From a virus, in the IMG/VR virus record IMGVR_UViG_3300031552_000004, positions 3,340-67,339 of that record: 64,000 nt of DNA. The stretch is one strand, 5' to 3'. Each line of letters begins with the position of its first letter. Position 1 is the first letter of the stretch. The notes under the pieces are model-generated. The model made no database searches. It saw only the letters and a list, made by a program, of their open reading frames with translations, and was not told where the DNA came from. A program made the translations under genes and the position numbers. Shown in pieces: positions 10,096-19,524 of this stretch.

Positions 10096-10941
10096 CTAGG
10101 ACCCTACGATGTTCTCGGTGTGGTGCCCAGCTAGGTCCGACGTATCTGCCAGGGCCAGCGTCTTGGCCGTCCGGCTCCAGCAGAAAAGGCTGTTGATCCT
10201 CTGGTTGGCCGATCCGCCGCTAACGCCCGCATGCTTGATCTCGGTATAGGCCAGCGTGATCTCCGCCGTCCCACCCAGCGATACGCTGCCACTCGTCACC
10301 AACCCGCCAGTCAGTTTGCCGCCGTAGCTGTAGAAGGCGTCATTCTGGTCCCTGACCTGCAGGTACACCGGCCCGCCAAAGTCCACGTTGCGCGTATGGA
10401 TCACGATCGGGTTGTTCGTGCCGTGATTGGTGAACAGGCTCGTTCCTGCGGTGTGCGTGAACTTGACATCTCGCAGGTGCAGCGCGAACGTGCCCGCACA
10501 CGAGCTGTTGTCCAGGTACAGGCCCGTCCCGGTCGTGTTGGTGAAGTTCACGTTGTCGATGTAGCCCGCGAACGACGCCAGCGAAGTTGCCGGGTACACC
10601 GTCAGGCCAGCAGTCCCACTGGAGATCGTCACCGCGCCCTGCTTGCCGAGCCCGATCAGCCGCACGCCGCTGATGGAGGGCCAGGTCACGTCTTCCGTGT
10701 ACGTGCCCGGCATCGCGATCACAGTTGGCTGCGCAGCCGTCACAGCGGCGAAAGCCGTGGTGATAGTCGCGTAGGGGTTGGCGTAGGACCCGATCCCGAT
10801 CGTGTCGCTGCCCTCCGGGTTGACCCAGAGATGATCGCCCGTACCGTGATCGACCAGCGTGTCGAGCGCATCGCCATACCGTACATCTGGCTCCGTCTCG
10901 ATCCAGTTTGCTTTGAGTGTTGCTAACGTCCGAACTGTCAT
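10096..10941 (-). CDS. Parallel beta-helix (pectin lyase-like) virion protein
   Basis: WVNPEGSD..G.GS.ANPYATI..A...PGTYTE is a typical beta-helix N-terminal cap. Confidence 0.65.
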   Translation of the reverse strand: MTVRTLATLKANWIETEPDVRYGDALDTLVDHGTGDHLWVNPEGSDTIGIGSYANPYATITTAFAAVTAAQPTVIAMPGTYTEDVTWPSISGVRLIGLGKQGAVTISSGTAGLTVYPATSLASFAGYIDNVNFTNTTGTGLYLDNSSCAGTFALHLRDVKFTHTAGTSLFTNHGTNNPIVIHTRNVDFGGPVYLQVRDQNDAFYSYGGKLTGGLVTSGSVSLGGTAEITLAYTEIKHAGVSGGSANQRINSLFCWSRTAKTLALADTSDLAGHHTENIVGS

Positions 10942-10950
10942 GATTGTCTC

Positions 10951-11427
10951 CTATGTGAACGCTTTGCGCATCCGGTTTCCCATTTCCGTTGCCGCTTCCG
11001 CAGCAATCCCCGCCTTTGTCGCATCTATCGCCGGGCGGAGATAGGGTCGCGCCGGGATGGTATAGGTCTGCGAAAGCGCAAGCGCCCGCCACATCTCGTC
11101 GCCCGTCTGCCTCCACTTGGCCCAAAAGAACCGACGCTGCCGCGGCGTGATGGCGAACGTGCCACCGTATTCGTGGACTGCACCATGCGGGGCATCCACT
11201 ACGATGTCCACGCGGTACTGATTGACCTTGACGGCCTTGATGTGGTTCGCTAGGTTGCCCGTCGTCTTGAACTGCCGATATGTGTTCTGCCGCGCCAGCA
11301 GGACGACGGTTCGATCGACGGCATGCCACATGATATCAGCCATCTCAGCACCGCCGACTATATCCCGCGCCTTTTGCAAGTTCAGGCGCAACTCCTTCAC
11401 GCCGACAACTTCCATGCGCAGTTTCAC
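10951..11427 (-). CDS. Neck/virion morphogenesis protein (HK97 gp10-like)
   Basis: TGNL...I, HEYGG, IPARPYLRPA motifs; GTG start at 11427. Confidence 0.82.
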   Translation of the reverse strand: MKLRMEVVGVKELRLNLQKARDIVGGAEMADIMWHAVDRTVVLLARQNTYRQFKTTGNLANHIKAVKVNQYRVDIVVDAPHGAVHEYGGTFAITPRQRRFFWAKWRQTGDEMWRALALSQTYTIPARPYLRPAIDATKAGIAAEAATEMGNRMRKAFT

Positions 11428-11801
11428 GACGCCTCCACCCGTTCCAGGTCCACCCGCGTGTGCGACAGATTGCCGCCCACACCTCGCCGGATCAGGACCC
11501 GCGTCACTTCGTAGGTGCCCGCCGCAACACTGTTGCCGTCCGCGTCCTCGATGGTGCTCAAGCGATCCTCGGTGGTGACGTTGGCCGTCCCGTTCATCAG
11601 GGCAAAGTCTCGTTCCAAGACGACGAACCCGCTCGCCTCGTTGGCGAAGCCTTCCGTTGACTGGGTGAAACGGCACGGCTGCGCCGTCGTCAGCGCCGAC
11701 CACGACCGCGCAACTTCGCCCGTCGTATCTTGCGCCGTGCCCGAATCGCGCCATACGGTGCATGTGTGGACGAGCCGCCGCGTCAGCCAGTGCCTAGTCA
11801 T
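11424..11801 (-). CDS. Head closure/head-tail adaptor protein
   Basis: HTCTVWR...D.TGE..W N-terminus; neck position. Confidence 0.65.
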   Translation of the reverse strand: MTRHWLTRRLVHTCTVWRDSGTAQDTTGEVARSWSALTTAQPCRFTQSTEGFANEASGFVVLERDFALMNGTANVTTEDRLSTIEDADGNSVAAGTYEVTRVLIRRGVGGNLSHTRVDLERVEAS

Positions 11802-12216
11802 CTGGATCCACGTCGTAGTCGATGTCCTCGTGCGCCCAGACCTTGATCGATGCGGCTTTGAGCCCAGCTTTCGCCAGCAGGCCGGAACAGTCCAGTGCAA
11901 GCGCCTGCTGCCCGTAGGTCGTGGCGTTGAGGCCCATGTCCGTCTTGCCCCGGTAACGCACAGATGCCTCACCCGCGATGCTCTCACTTTCAAGCTGTGG
12001 CTCGCGAGTCGTGGCGATAAAGTGCGCCGCCAGAAGCGCCTGGATGGATGCCAAAGCAGCAGAACCACCGCAGTTGCCCAGATTGGTCGCAAGCGGGATG
12101 GTGCGGTAGTACGCCATGTTGATGTAGGCGTTGATCTGCTCGTCCGTCAGGCCCGTATCGAGCACATCCTTCACGTCCTCGACGTCCACCAACGCGTTCT
12201 TGTTACGGACTGCCAT
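11794..12216 (-). CDS. Head-tail connector protein
   Basis: LLAAHF, SESI.G..SV.Y, L.AT.YGQQAL.LD.SG.L motifs. Confidence 0.75.
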   Translation of the reverse strand: MAVRNKNALVDVEDVKDVLDTGLTDEQINAYINMAYYRTIPLATNLGNCGGSAALASIQALLAAHFIATTREPQLESESIAGEASVRYRGKTDMGLNATTYGQQALALDCSGLLAKAGLKAASIKVWAHEDIDYDVDPDD

Positions 12217-12496
12217 CCACCGCCTCCACCACGTCCACCTTCAGGATGCGCCCGTCCTTGCCGGAACCTTGTATGGCATACAAATCTATGCCATGCTCCT
12301 TGGCAAGTTCGATCGCGCTAGCCGTGGCGTCCACGTCCTCCTCGATCTCCGGCTCTGGTTCCGGTTCTGGTCGTTCTTCGATGACGACGAACTTGTCACC
12401 GAATGCGGCCAGCTCGTCGGCAGTCACGTCGATCACATCGCCACCGACCAGGGACTCACGGTGGTGCATGCCGGGCCGAATTCGCACCCGAACCAT
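12203..12496 (-). CDS. Small protein with E3-binding (peripheral subunit-binding) domain
   Basis: ATASAIELAKEHGIDLYAIQGSGKDGRILKVDV matches the PSBD consensus of 2-oxoacid dehydrogenase E2 subunits. Confidence 0.75.
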   Translation of the reverse strand: MVRVRIRPGMHHRESLVGGDVIDVTADELAAFGDKFVVIEERPEPEPEPEIEEDVDATASAIELAKEHGIDLYAIQGSGKDGRILKVDVVEAVDGSP

Positions 12497-12513
12497 AAGG
12501 CACCTCCGTTATG

Positions 12514-13512
12514 TCAGCAAGACGTTATGTGGACCACTCCGCTATACCCCGCATAGTTCGTTCTGAGCCGGGGCACCGCAGCCATCATGACCACGAAGTT
12601 GATCCGCCCACCGCCGGGGCTTTCCCAGCGTCGCGTCTCGATGTCGAGCGCGATGCGGATGTCCACCACGTCGCGGGTGAGCTGCACCGCACAGAACTGC
12701 CCATCAGTCATCATGTCGTTGTAGTTGACGGACTGGATCTCCGGCAGCGCCTGGACGCGATCAAGACCGCGCTGGCCCGTCCCGTCGGTGTAGTATTGCA
12801 GCAGCTCCGAATACTGGTTCGGGGCCAGCCATACCGCCCAAGGACCGTGGAACGTGCGACCGTGCATCGTGCTGATCCACTTGCGGAACGTCTCGTACTG
12901 GTAGCTCAACGTCCCGAAGTCGCCGTCTGCCGTGGTCGTGTACCGTCCCGACAGTGTGCGCAGCCCGTAGACCGCAGCGCTGTCCACGACGATGCTTGTA
13001 TCCCCGTCGATCAGGATCTTCTCCGCCATCTCCACGACGGCCTTGGTCGCTTCCTCGGCGTTCGTGGTTTCCAGGTCTGCACCCAGCGCCCGCGATGTCA
13101 AGAGCTCGCGACGTCCGATGCTGAATGACTTAGAAATGAGCGGCAAGGGCGCAGTGAAGTGCTTCAGGTCTACCCGGTCGCCCTCCACCTGCGTCTCGAA
13201 GTCCATCGTGAGGTCAGCAGCGGTCATCTCGGACGCGACGCGCCACTTGCTGCTTTCCTCGGCCAGCGTGGTACGGCTGGTCAATCCGGCGCCGGTGATG
13301 GTGCTCCAGGCGTTGAACTTCCGTGCAGCGGTCATCTGGATTGCCGCATCGAGCTTCTGCCATTCCTCTTGCGAAAGGAATGCGTTGGTGATCAGCTCGT
13401 TGTCGCGGTTGACTGCGAAGCCCTTCTTGTTGAACCCATACGGTCGCCAGGTGTTCGTGGTGAACGCTGCGACCGCACTTGGATCTTTCAGGATCTGCAA
13501 ATCGAGTGGCAT
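12514..13512 (-). CDS. Major capsid protein (HK97 fold, linocin/encapsulin-like)
   Basis: 332 aa after the protease and decoration genes; PLPLISKSFSIGRREL..SR..G..L motif. Confidence 0.88.
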   Translation of the reverse strand: MPLDLQILKDPSAVAAFTTNTWRPYGFNKKGFAVNRDNELITNAFLSQEEWQKLDAAIQMTAARKFNAWSTITGAGLTSRTTLAEESSKWRVASEMTAADLTMDFETQVEGDRVDLKHFTAPLPLISKSFSIGRRELLTSRALGADLETTNAEEATKAVVEMAEKILIDGDTSIVVDSAAVYGLRTLSGRYTTTADGDFGTLSYQYETFRKWISTMHGRTFHGPWAVWLAPNQYSELLQYYTDGTGQRGLDRVQALPEIQSVNYNDMMTDGQFCAVQLTRDVVDIRIALDIETRRWESPGGGRINFVVMMAAVPRLRTNYAGYSGVVHITSC

Positions 13513-13522
13513 CTCATCCTCC

Positions 13523-14005
13523 CTATACGATGCGCACGAGGCAGCGGGCGGCGGTTCCGCCGTTTGCGTTGACCGTCTGCCACGCGATGCCGATGGGGCA
13601 GGACGTGCCGACGCTCAGACCGGTCCCGCAGCTTTTCAGGTTCCCGTTTCCATCGGAAATCAGCCAGTGCTTGCCCTTCGTGACGCTCTGCCCGCTGGCG
13701 ATCTTCATGTTCACGACGTCGCCCGGCAACCCCTGCATAAACTGCACGGTATCCCCGTCTGCGTAGGGGATGTCGATCGCCGCCGTGGTCGGGTACGTGT
13801 ACGTGTCCGGTGCGGGGTTCACCAGCGAGATGAACTTGGCGGAAGCGCCGCTCGCCGTGGCGTGCTGATCCACCTGCGTCGCGGTCACCATGTAGAGCAA
13901 CTGGCCGGGGTAGATGACTCCCGACCCTACCGCTTCCAGTCGTTGCGGGCTGATCCTCAACGCGCTTTCGACGAGGATCGCATGCCGTGTCGTGGTACGT
14001 GCCAT
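13523..14005 (-). CDS. Capsid decoration/cement protein
   Basis: Beta-rich 160 aa between scaffold and MCP; IYPGQL, L.SDGNG.LK. Confidence 0.65.
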   Translation of the reverse strand: MARTTTRHAILVESALRISPQRLEAVGSGVIYPGQLLYMVTATQVDQHATASGASAKFISLVNPAPDTYTYPTTAAIDIPYADGDTVQFMQGLPGDVVNMKIASGQSVTKGKHWLISDGNGNLKSCGTGLSVGTSCPIGIAWQTVNANGGTAARCLVRIV

Positions 14006-14006
14006 T

Positions 14007-15299
14007 CTAGGCCTCCTTCTGCTTCAGCAGCACAGGCGCGGCTTTCAGGACCACGATCTCGTCCCCTTCGGTTTCTCGCCCACCGCCGCCGCCCCGATAG
14101 TCTGGGTCCACGAGCGACTGCTCGATCCCGCGTAGGGTGTCCATATCCAGCTTGCCCAACTGCTCCTCGGAGAGCGCGCACTTGGCGTTGGATGCCAAAG
14201 TCGCCGCAAGGGCAACGCGCTCCTTGTCCGTGTTCGCCGCCAGCGTTTCCTTGAGGGAAGTCACCTCACCGCGCAGCGCCTCGATCTCCGCTGCGAAGTC
14301 GGGGGTTTCCTCGTCGTTGGTTGCGGGCGGTTCCTGCGGGGGCGCAGCCTGTTGCGACAAGAACGCGATCTGCTCGTCACTCATCGCTTCGAGCGATTCC
14401 TGGTCGAACGGCACGCCTGCCTCTACCAACTCCGCTACATTCACTCTTGCCTCCTTGTGCTGGGAAAACACCCGCACGATAGCGTTGACTACCCGCTGCA
14501 CGGCGTTCTCCGACAAATCCGCTACTTCCATGCTGTCCTCCGCATTCGTCCGTGGTGCGCCGCAGCCGTCTTGCCACGAACATGCGCCCTTTTCATCCAG
14601 CAGGATCGCCAAATGGTCAGGCACCAGGTCCACCGCCTTGCCGACATAGGCATTCCCGTTGAACACGCCCGGTTCGTCCTCCAGCTTGCGAAAGTACGCC
14701 GTGCTGACTTCCGTTGGCTCATTCTGTTCGAAGCGCCGCAATGCCTCAATGCCGCCTTGCGTTCCCTTGGCGAGCGCCATGTCGATCCACGCCTCACCCT
14801 TTAGCTTGTCATCGTCAAAGCGGACATTGAACAGTTGCCCGACCTGGGACTGGGACAACACACACGGTGCGTTGGCGCTGATGTCGTTTCCCTCGCCGTC
14901 TTGAGGATGATTGATGACGACGGGTCTGCCATTCCACCCGTCAGCCACGCGGGCCAGTTCTTCATCAGACACATACTCACCGTTCACGACGCCGTGGCAC
15001 TGAGCAATGACGGGAACGACCATGTACTCGTGGCCCTGCATCTTCTCGCGGCGAAAGTCGGCGGTTGCGGCCTTGTTGTGGAGGATGTTGGACGCTTGCT
15101 TTTTCACCCAGTGATCGCCTTCCACGCGATAGAGCTTCTTGAACTGGCCCACGGCAGCGCCCCAGGGACTTTCTGGCGGGTTGTCGCTCTTTTCCATCGC
15201 ATCGGCCCATTCGCTGATCTTGTTCGCTTGGGCCAGCGTGATTGCCGGCTTAATGCCCTTGAGACTCGCCGGTATATCGGTTAGACTAGAATACGGCAT
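14007..15299 (-). CDS. Prohead protease/scaffold (DUF2213-like)
   Basis: WNGRPVVINHP, EVSTAY, PDHLAIL..GACSW.DGCG; acidic coiled-coil C-terminus; RBS before ATG 15299. Confidence 0.85.
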   Translation of the reverse strand: MPYSSLTDIPASLKGIKPAITLAQANKISEWADAMEKSDNPPESPWGAAVGQFKKLYRVEGDHWVKKQASNILHNKAATADFRREKMQGHEYMVVPVIAQCHGVVNGEYVSDEELARVADGWNGRPVVINHPQDGEGNDISANAPCVLSQSQVGQLFNVRFDDDKLKGEAWIDMALAKGTQGGIEALRRFEQNEPTEVSTAYFRKLEDEPGVFNGNAYVGKAVDLVPDHLAILLDEKGACSWQDGCGAPRTNAEDSMEVADLSENAVQRVVNAIVRVFSQHKEARVNVAELVEAGVPFDQESLEAMSDEQIAFLSQQAAPPQEPPATNDEETPDFAAEIEALRGEVTSLKETLAANTDKERVALAATLASNAKCALSEEQLGKLDMDTLRGIEQSLVDPDYRGGGGGRETEGDEIVVLKAAPVLLKQKEA

Positions 15300-15310
15300 G
15301 TCCACCTCCC

Positions 15311-15357
15311 AACAAAAACGCGCCATGTCGCGACCCGCAGGTCGTCACATGGCGCGT
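15311..15357 (-). terminator. Intrinsic terminator-like hairpin just upstream of the head operon RBS
   Basis: Stem ACGCGCCATGT/ACATGGCGCGT followed by TTTTGTT on the minus strand. Confidence 0.7.
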
Positions 15358-16127
15358 AGGTCCGCCTCGTCCTTAACATCTAGTATACACCGGTTTTGTT
15401 GTATCGTCAAGTATTCTTTGACCCATGAGCGACTGCGGACGCCACTCCACAGATCGAACAGCGAGCCGACGTCCAACGCGACGCCGCCCATCTCCGCACA
15501 CATCGTTGCGTACCACTTGCCAAGGAAGCCCGCACCCACCAGCGCCAACGTGCCGGGTCCACAGTTGCCCGCAGCCTCCGCCGCGATCTGTTCGTGCATG
15601 GCCCAGTGTTCTGTCGGTCGCTCGCCGGTGTGTCCTTCCTCCGGCACGCGGACCCAATACGTTTTCTTGCCGTAGCGTGCCTCAAAGTCGTCTACTACGT
15701 TCCTGCACGTCACCAGCACAACGCGCTTCGCTTCCTGCACGATCTCGTCCAGCAATCCGTCTTGCCACAGGTAGATGTGCAGGTCGTTGTCGTTCGTCCA
15801 CACGTCGTGCTCGCAGTGTTGCCCCATCCACGTTTCGGGATAGCGCCAGTAGCGATCCGTCTGCCCCTTCTTGTAGCACACCCCGTCTGCCTTGCCGATG
15901 GCATCCACAAGCAGGCGCCGCATCTTTGCGATGTCCCGCTCTGCAAAGTTGCCTCGTCCGAACCAGTAGATCAGCCGCCTGATCATCTCCCCGCGCGTGA
16001 TGTATTGGGGCCACATCAGCAACCGGCCCTCACCGTCGCCCAGGCGGATCAGCGACCCACGAATGCCGATGTCTAGACAGTCGATGGCCCATTCCGCGAT
16101 TTCTACAGGTGAACGGGTGGTAATCAT
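15345..16127 (-). CDS. GT-D fold glycosyltransferase-like protein
   Basis: SLIRLGDGE motif; LVGAG.LGK and ALDVGSLFD.W.G C-terminal motifs. Confidence 0.7.
   Translation of the reverse strand: MITTRSPVEIAEWAIDCLDIGIRGSLIRLGDGEGRLLMWPQYITRGEMIRRLIYWFGRGNFAERDIAKMRRLLVDAIGKADGVCYKKGQTDRYWRYPETWMGQHCEHDVWTNDNDLHIYLWQDGLLDEIVQEAKRVVLVTCRNVVDDFEARYGKKTYWVRVPEEGHTGERPTEHWAMHEQIAAEAAGNCGPGTLALVGAGFLGKWYATMCAEMGGVALDVGSLFDLWSGVRSRSWVKEYLTIQQNRCILDVKDEADLRAM
15382..15410 (-). promoter_or_regulatory. Sigma70-type promoter for the head operon
   Basis: TTGACG-17 nt-TATACT on the minus strand, inside the 3' end of the upstream gene. Confidence 0.65.
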
Positions 16128-16135
16128 GACCTCTC

Positions 16136-16402
16136 CTATGATGCTATTGTCACCGGTCCCCCATCTGCCCAAAGTCCACTATCGTTTCCCCATGTGATAG
16201 TCGTGTACGGTTGCGGTATTGGATCGCCAATATAGGGCTCGGGCCAATGCGGACATGGCGGACGCCAGAAGTGCGGATCTGGATCTGTGGGTACTGTCAC
16301 CGGCACAATCGGCCTTGCCTCAAGCCACGCGATCCGCGCCTCGGCGTCCGCCAGCTTGCGCTCCAGTTCCTCGATTCGTGCAAGTAGCTTCTTTTTCTTC
16401 AT
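16136..16402 (-). CDS. Hypothetical protein (coiled coil plus Pro-rich tail)
   Basis: ORF with RBS GAGGAG. Confidence 0.6.
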   Translation of the reverse strand: MKKKKLLARIEELERKLADAEARIAWLEARPIVPVTVPTDPDPHFWRPPCPHWPEPYIGDPIPQPYTTITWGNDSGLWADGGPVTIAS

Positions 16403-16447
16403 GGATTTCTCCTCTCAAACCAGCGGATCGAGCCCGCGCCTTCCAGT

Positions 16448-16543
16448 TCAGCCCAGCCCGTCATCGTTTACAGTAGGTAGTTTTCTGGCAATGATACTGG
16501 CCGCAGTTATACCCAGTCCCTTGAGAAATTTGCGCCTGTCCAT
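16448..16543 (-). CDS. 31-aa micro-ORF resembling a twin-arginine (Tat) signal peptide
   Basis: MDRRKFLKGLGITAASIIARKLPTVNDDGLG*; RBS AAGGAG upstream. Confidence 0.5.
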   Translation of the reverse strand: MDRRKFLKGLGITAASIIARKLPTVNDDGLG

Positions 16544-16547
16544 TACG

Positions 16548-17273
16548 CTACTCCTTTTCTAGTCTCAAACTCTCTGGTCCGATGGCCGGCTCGAAATCGT
16601 CGGGGAAACCAAATTGTGCCCGCCGCCGCAGCTCGCGCAGGGACTTTTGCCCGTTCTCCCATAGCAGATCGGTAGCGTCCTTCGGGCGAAGGTTGTACTC
16701 GTGGTGAAGGTGCTCTACTATGGCATCGTAGCACGGCACGTACCGCCCCACGTTTGCCGCTCGCATGCACGCCTCACTGTCATTGCAGGCGCCGCTGTAG
16801 TGCGGGAAGCCGATGCAGCCGTTCATGTGCTCCACGATGAATCGCCGTGTCGCCAGGTAGTGCGTGCTTTCCCGCTTCATGGCAAAGGTCCGGTGCAAGT
16901 CGTTGAACCCGACGAGGCCGCCGCCTTCCGGCATGCAGCGCATCGCCGCGTCCAACCAACCGTCCGTCCAGCGCAAGTCATCCGCCGCAAACACGATGTA
17001 CTCGCCCTTGCTTTCCTTCAGCCCTGCATTCCACGCCGTGGGCTTGCCCTGGTAGTGGTCGCAGAACGGCATGCGCCAGCGTTTCAGGTTGCTACCTTTG
17101 TAGCCGTTCAGGAAGTCGCCGACAATCTGCATCGTATTGGTGTCCACGTCCACCGGGATGTCGATTTCGATGGCCCACTTTGCCGTAGTATCCAGCAGTA
17201 GCTTGACGCAGGCGATTGCTGCGTCCTGTCGCCCGGTCGTGGGCATGATGACGGAGATCAGGTCTTTGATCAT
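16548..17273 (-). CDS. Glycosyltransferase GT2
   Basis: ISVIMPTTGR, AWNAGLKESKGEYIVFAADD. Confidence 0.88.
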   Translation of the reverse strand: MIKDLISVIMPTTGRQDAAIACVKLLLDTTAKWAIEIDIPVDVDTNTMQIVGDFLNGYKGSNLKRWRMPFCDHYQGKPTAWNAGLKESKGEYIVFAADDLRWTDGWLDAAMRCMPEGGGLVGFNDLHRTFAMKRESTHYLATRRFIVEHMNGCIGFPHYSGACNDSEACMRAANVGRYVPCYDAIVEHLHHEYNLRPKDATDLLWENGQKSLRELRRRAQFGFPDDFEPAIGPESLRLEKE

Positions 17274-18229
17274 CGGAACAACCCCGCCCATATCTCCATC
17301 GCGGAGCGGAGTTTATGGAGATAGGTTGGCGCATTCTCATCCGGCGCAAAGTGATGGGCAATCTCCAAGTAGCATTCGATGGCCGTGGTTCCGGTTAGTT
17401 TTGCTATGTCCACAAACTCCCAGAACGTCTCATTGAACTCCAGGCCCACCGCCTCCTTGCGGAGATTGCCCCATACGTCGGATGCTCGCTCGTGTTTGAC
17501 GTGCGGCTCACCGCTCCATACTGCCAACTGCAGCCGGTCCAGCACCTTTTTGGCGATCACACCACACCAGATGTCATCGAAGCGGTCGTAGGGCCATGCC
17601 GGACCCTGCAGGCCGAAGTACATCAACGGCGCGATCGCCGGATTGAACGCCAGGTTCATGCCACACATCGGGAAATAGCGCCCGGCAGGGATGGGATCAT
17701 CATAGTATTCGATCAAGTCGTACTTGGTATGCATTGCAAGTTGCCACAATGCGTCAAGATCCGGTATGCCTTCCCACAAGCCATGACTCAACACGACGGG
17801 CCACTTGCGCGTGAGATTGCGGTATGGATAGCCACGCGGCTTGAGTCCGCCGATCGTCAACCGCCACGCTGCTATTTCCGCCGTCTTTTGCAAGTTCTCC
17901 CAGTGGCGCAGGAAAAACCCGTTTACGTCCATGACGGGATAGCAGTCATCATCCAGCGTCACGATCATGTCGGGCTGCTTCTGCCATGCTTTCCAGAAGC
18001 CGTAGCTTCGAATGCCGGAGTTGCCCCGAGAGATGATCCACGCGTCGTCGCCCAGGTCGCGGTCGATGTCCGCATGGCAGTAGTGCATCACGGTCGAGCT
18101 CGACAGGTCGAACTGCTTTTCGGCGTGGTCCTCTATCACGATGAACTCGCGCTTCCCGTCGTTCCACCGTTTCAAGAACTGCTTGATGTGCTGTTCCCTG
18201 ATGGTCGGTACAACCACTATGGCGTACAT
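17270..18229 (-). CDS. GT75/RGP-family protein (UDP-arabinopyranose mutase-like)
   Basis: VVPTIR, TLDDDC, RGYPY, SHGLW..IPD.DA, FPMCGMNLAF, MYFGL, RFDDIW.G, AS...NL.KE match plant reversibly glycosylated polypeptides. Confidence 0.85.
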   Translation of the reverse strand: MYAIVVVPTIREQHIKQFLKRWNDGKREFIVIEDHAEKQFDLSSSTVMHYCHADIDRDLGDDAWIISRGNSGIRSYGFWKAWQKQPDMIVTLDDDCYPVMDVNGFFLRHWENLQKTAEIAAWRLTIGGLKPRGYPYRNLTRKWPVVLSHGLWEGIPDLDALWQLAMHTKYDLIEYYDDPIPAGRYFPMCGMNLAFNPAIAPLMYFGLQGPAWPYDRFDDIWCGVIAKKVLDRLQLAVWSGEPHVKHERASDVWGNLRKEAVGLEFNETFWEFVDIAKLTGTTAIECYLEIAHHFAPDENAPTYLHKLRSAMEIWAGLFR

Positions 18230-19524
18230 TTCGCCACTCCTTCATACGTGTTGCGGCCTTTAGCTACCGCAGTTAGATGGTTCAGCCATTCCTTTGCGAC
18301 GACCAGCGTTTCGTCCCACTCACCAGGACGCCCGATCGTCGTGAAGCCGTGCTCAAAGTCTACCGCCTCCTTGTCTAGTTCCAACCCGTATGCTTCCGGG
18401 TCGTGCCACGCCGGGGAACCGGGTAATGGCGCGAAGATGTGAAAGCCCCACTTGTCTACCGGAGCACGTCGGACGAATGCCGCTGTTTCCTCCACCGTTT
18501 CGTCCGTCTCGCCAGGAAAGCCGACGATCATTTGTGCTCGCACTGCCAGGCCCGCAGCTTTTGCGTCTACTGCTGCTTCCAGCGATCGCCGCGCTGTGAG
18601 GTGCTTGTTCATCGCCGCAAGGATCCGGTCGCTGCCCGATTCGAAGCCGAATGTCACGCTCCGGCACCCGCCCTCGTACAATCGCTGAGCCGTGTCGAGC
18701 GTGAACCGGTCCGCCCGCGCCAGGCAGTGCCACACAACATCCATCCCCTTCAGCCGCTCGCACAAGTCCGCGACGCGAAACATGTCGAGGTTGAACGTGT
18801 CATCTACGAAGTTCACCTGATCCACGCCATAGCGGTACTTGAGTAGGCGCACTTCGTCCACGACCTGCTGCACCGTCCTATAGCGCACCCGCCCGCCGGT
18901 GATGCACCGCTGTCCGCAGAACGCGCAATCATACGGGCATCCGCGCGCCGTGATGACTGACGCTTCCCGCATGCAGCCGAAGGAGGTGAACGTCTTGATC
19001 TTGGCGTAATCGTCAAAGTACACGAGGTCGCGCGCGGGCATCGGGAGCATGTCGAACGGGACGACGGGCAATGGGTTGACGTTCCATCCGTCCCGCTCCA
19101 AATCCCAGTACACCGCACCGGGAATCGCCGCCTTGTCGCGGCCCTGCACGAAGTCCACCAGCGACCAGTCCGCCTCGCCGGCCAGCAGCAGGTCGGGTTC
19201 CAGTTCCTTCTGCGTGCGGACGGGAAGCGCCGAGCAATGTGGTCCGCCCAGGACGATGTAGGCGTTCTGCCGGCACGCCAGCATGTCCACCAACCGCTTG
19301 ACGACGCCGTACTGCGGCGTGGTGAAGCCGATGCCATACAGGTCGCCGGTCGGGATGACGGATCGTTCCACGTCCTCCCCCGCCAGGTCGCACACCTCCA
19401 CCGAGACGCCGTGTTCGCGCAGGCTCGCCGCCAGATACAGCAGGCCCAAGGGCGGGAGGTCGCGATCGGAGATCAGCCAGGGCGACGGCGGATTGATCAG
19501 GACGACGTGCTCAGCACGGCGCAT
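18217..19524 (-). CDS. B12-binding radical SAM protein (class B methyltransferase-like)
   Basis: PPLGLLYLAA, GGPH, GEAD, RGCPYDCAFC, FVDDTF, GFESGS. Confidence 0.93.
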   Translation of the reverse strand: MRRAEHVVLINPPSPWLISDRDLPPLGLLYLAASLREHGVSVEVCDLAGEDVERSVIPTGDLYGIGFTTPQYGVVKRLVDMLACRQNAYIVLGGPHCSALPVRTQKELEPDLLLAGEADWSLVDFVQGRDKAAIPGAVYWDLERDGWNVNPLPVVPFDMLPMPARDLVYFDDYAKIKTFTSFGCMREASVITARGCPYDCAFCGQRCITGGRVRYRTVQQVVDEVRLLKYRYGVDQVNFVDDTFNLDMFRVADLCERLKGMDVVWHCLARADRFTLDTAQRLYEGGCRSVTFGFESGSDRILAAMNKHLTARRSLEAAVDAKAAGLAVRAQMIVGFPGETDETVEETAAFVRRAPVDKWGFHIFAPLPGSPAWHDPEAYGLELDKEAVDFEHGFTTIGRPGEWDETLVVAKEWLNHLTAVAKGRNTYEGVAKCTP

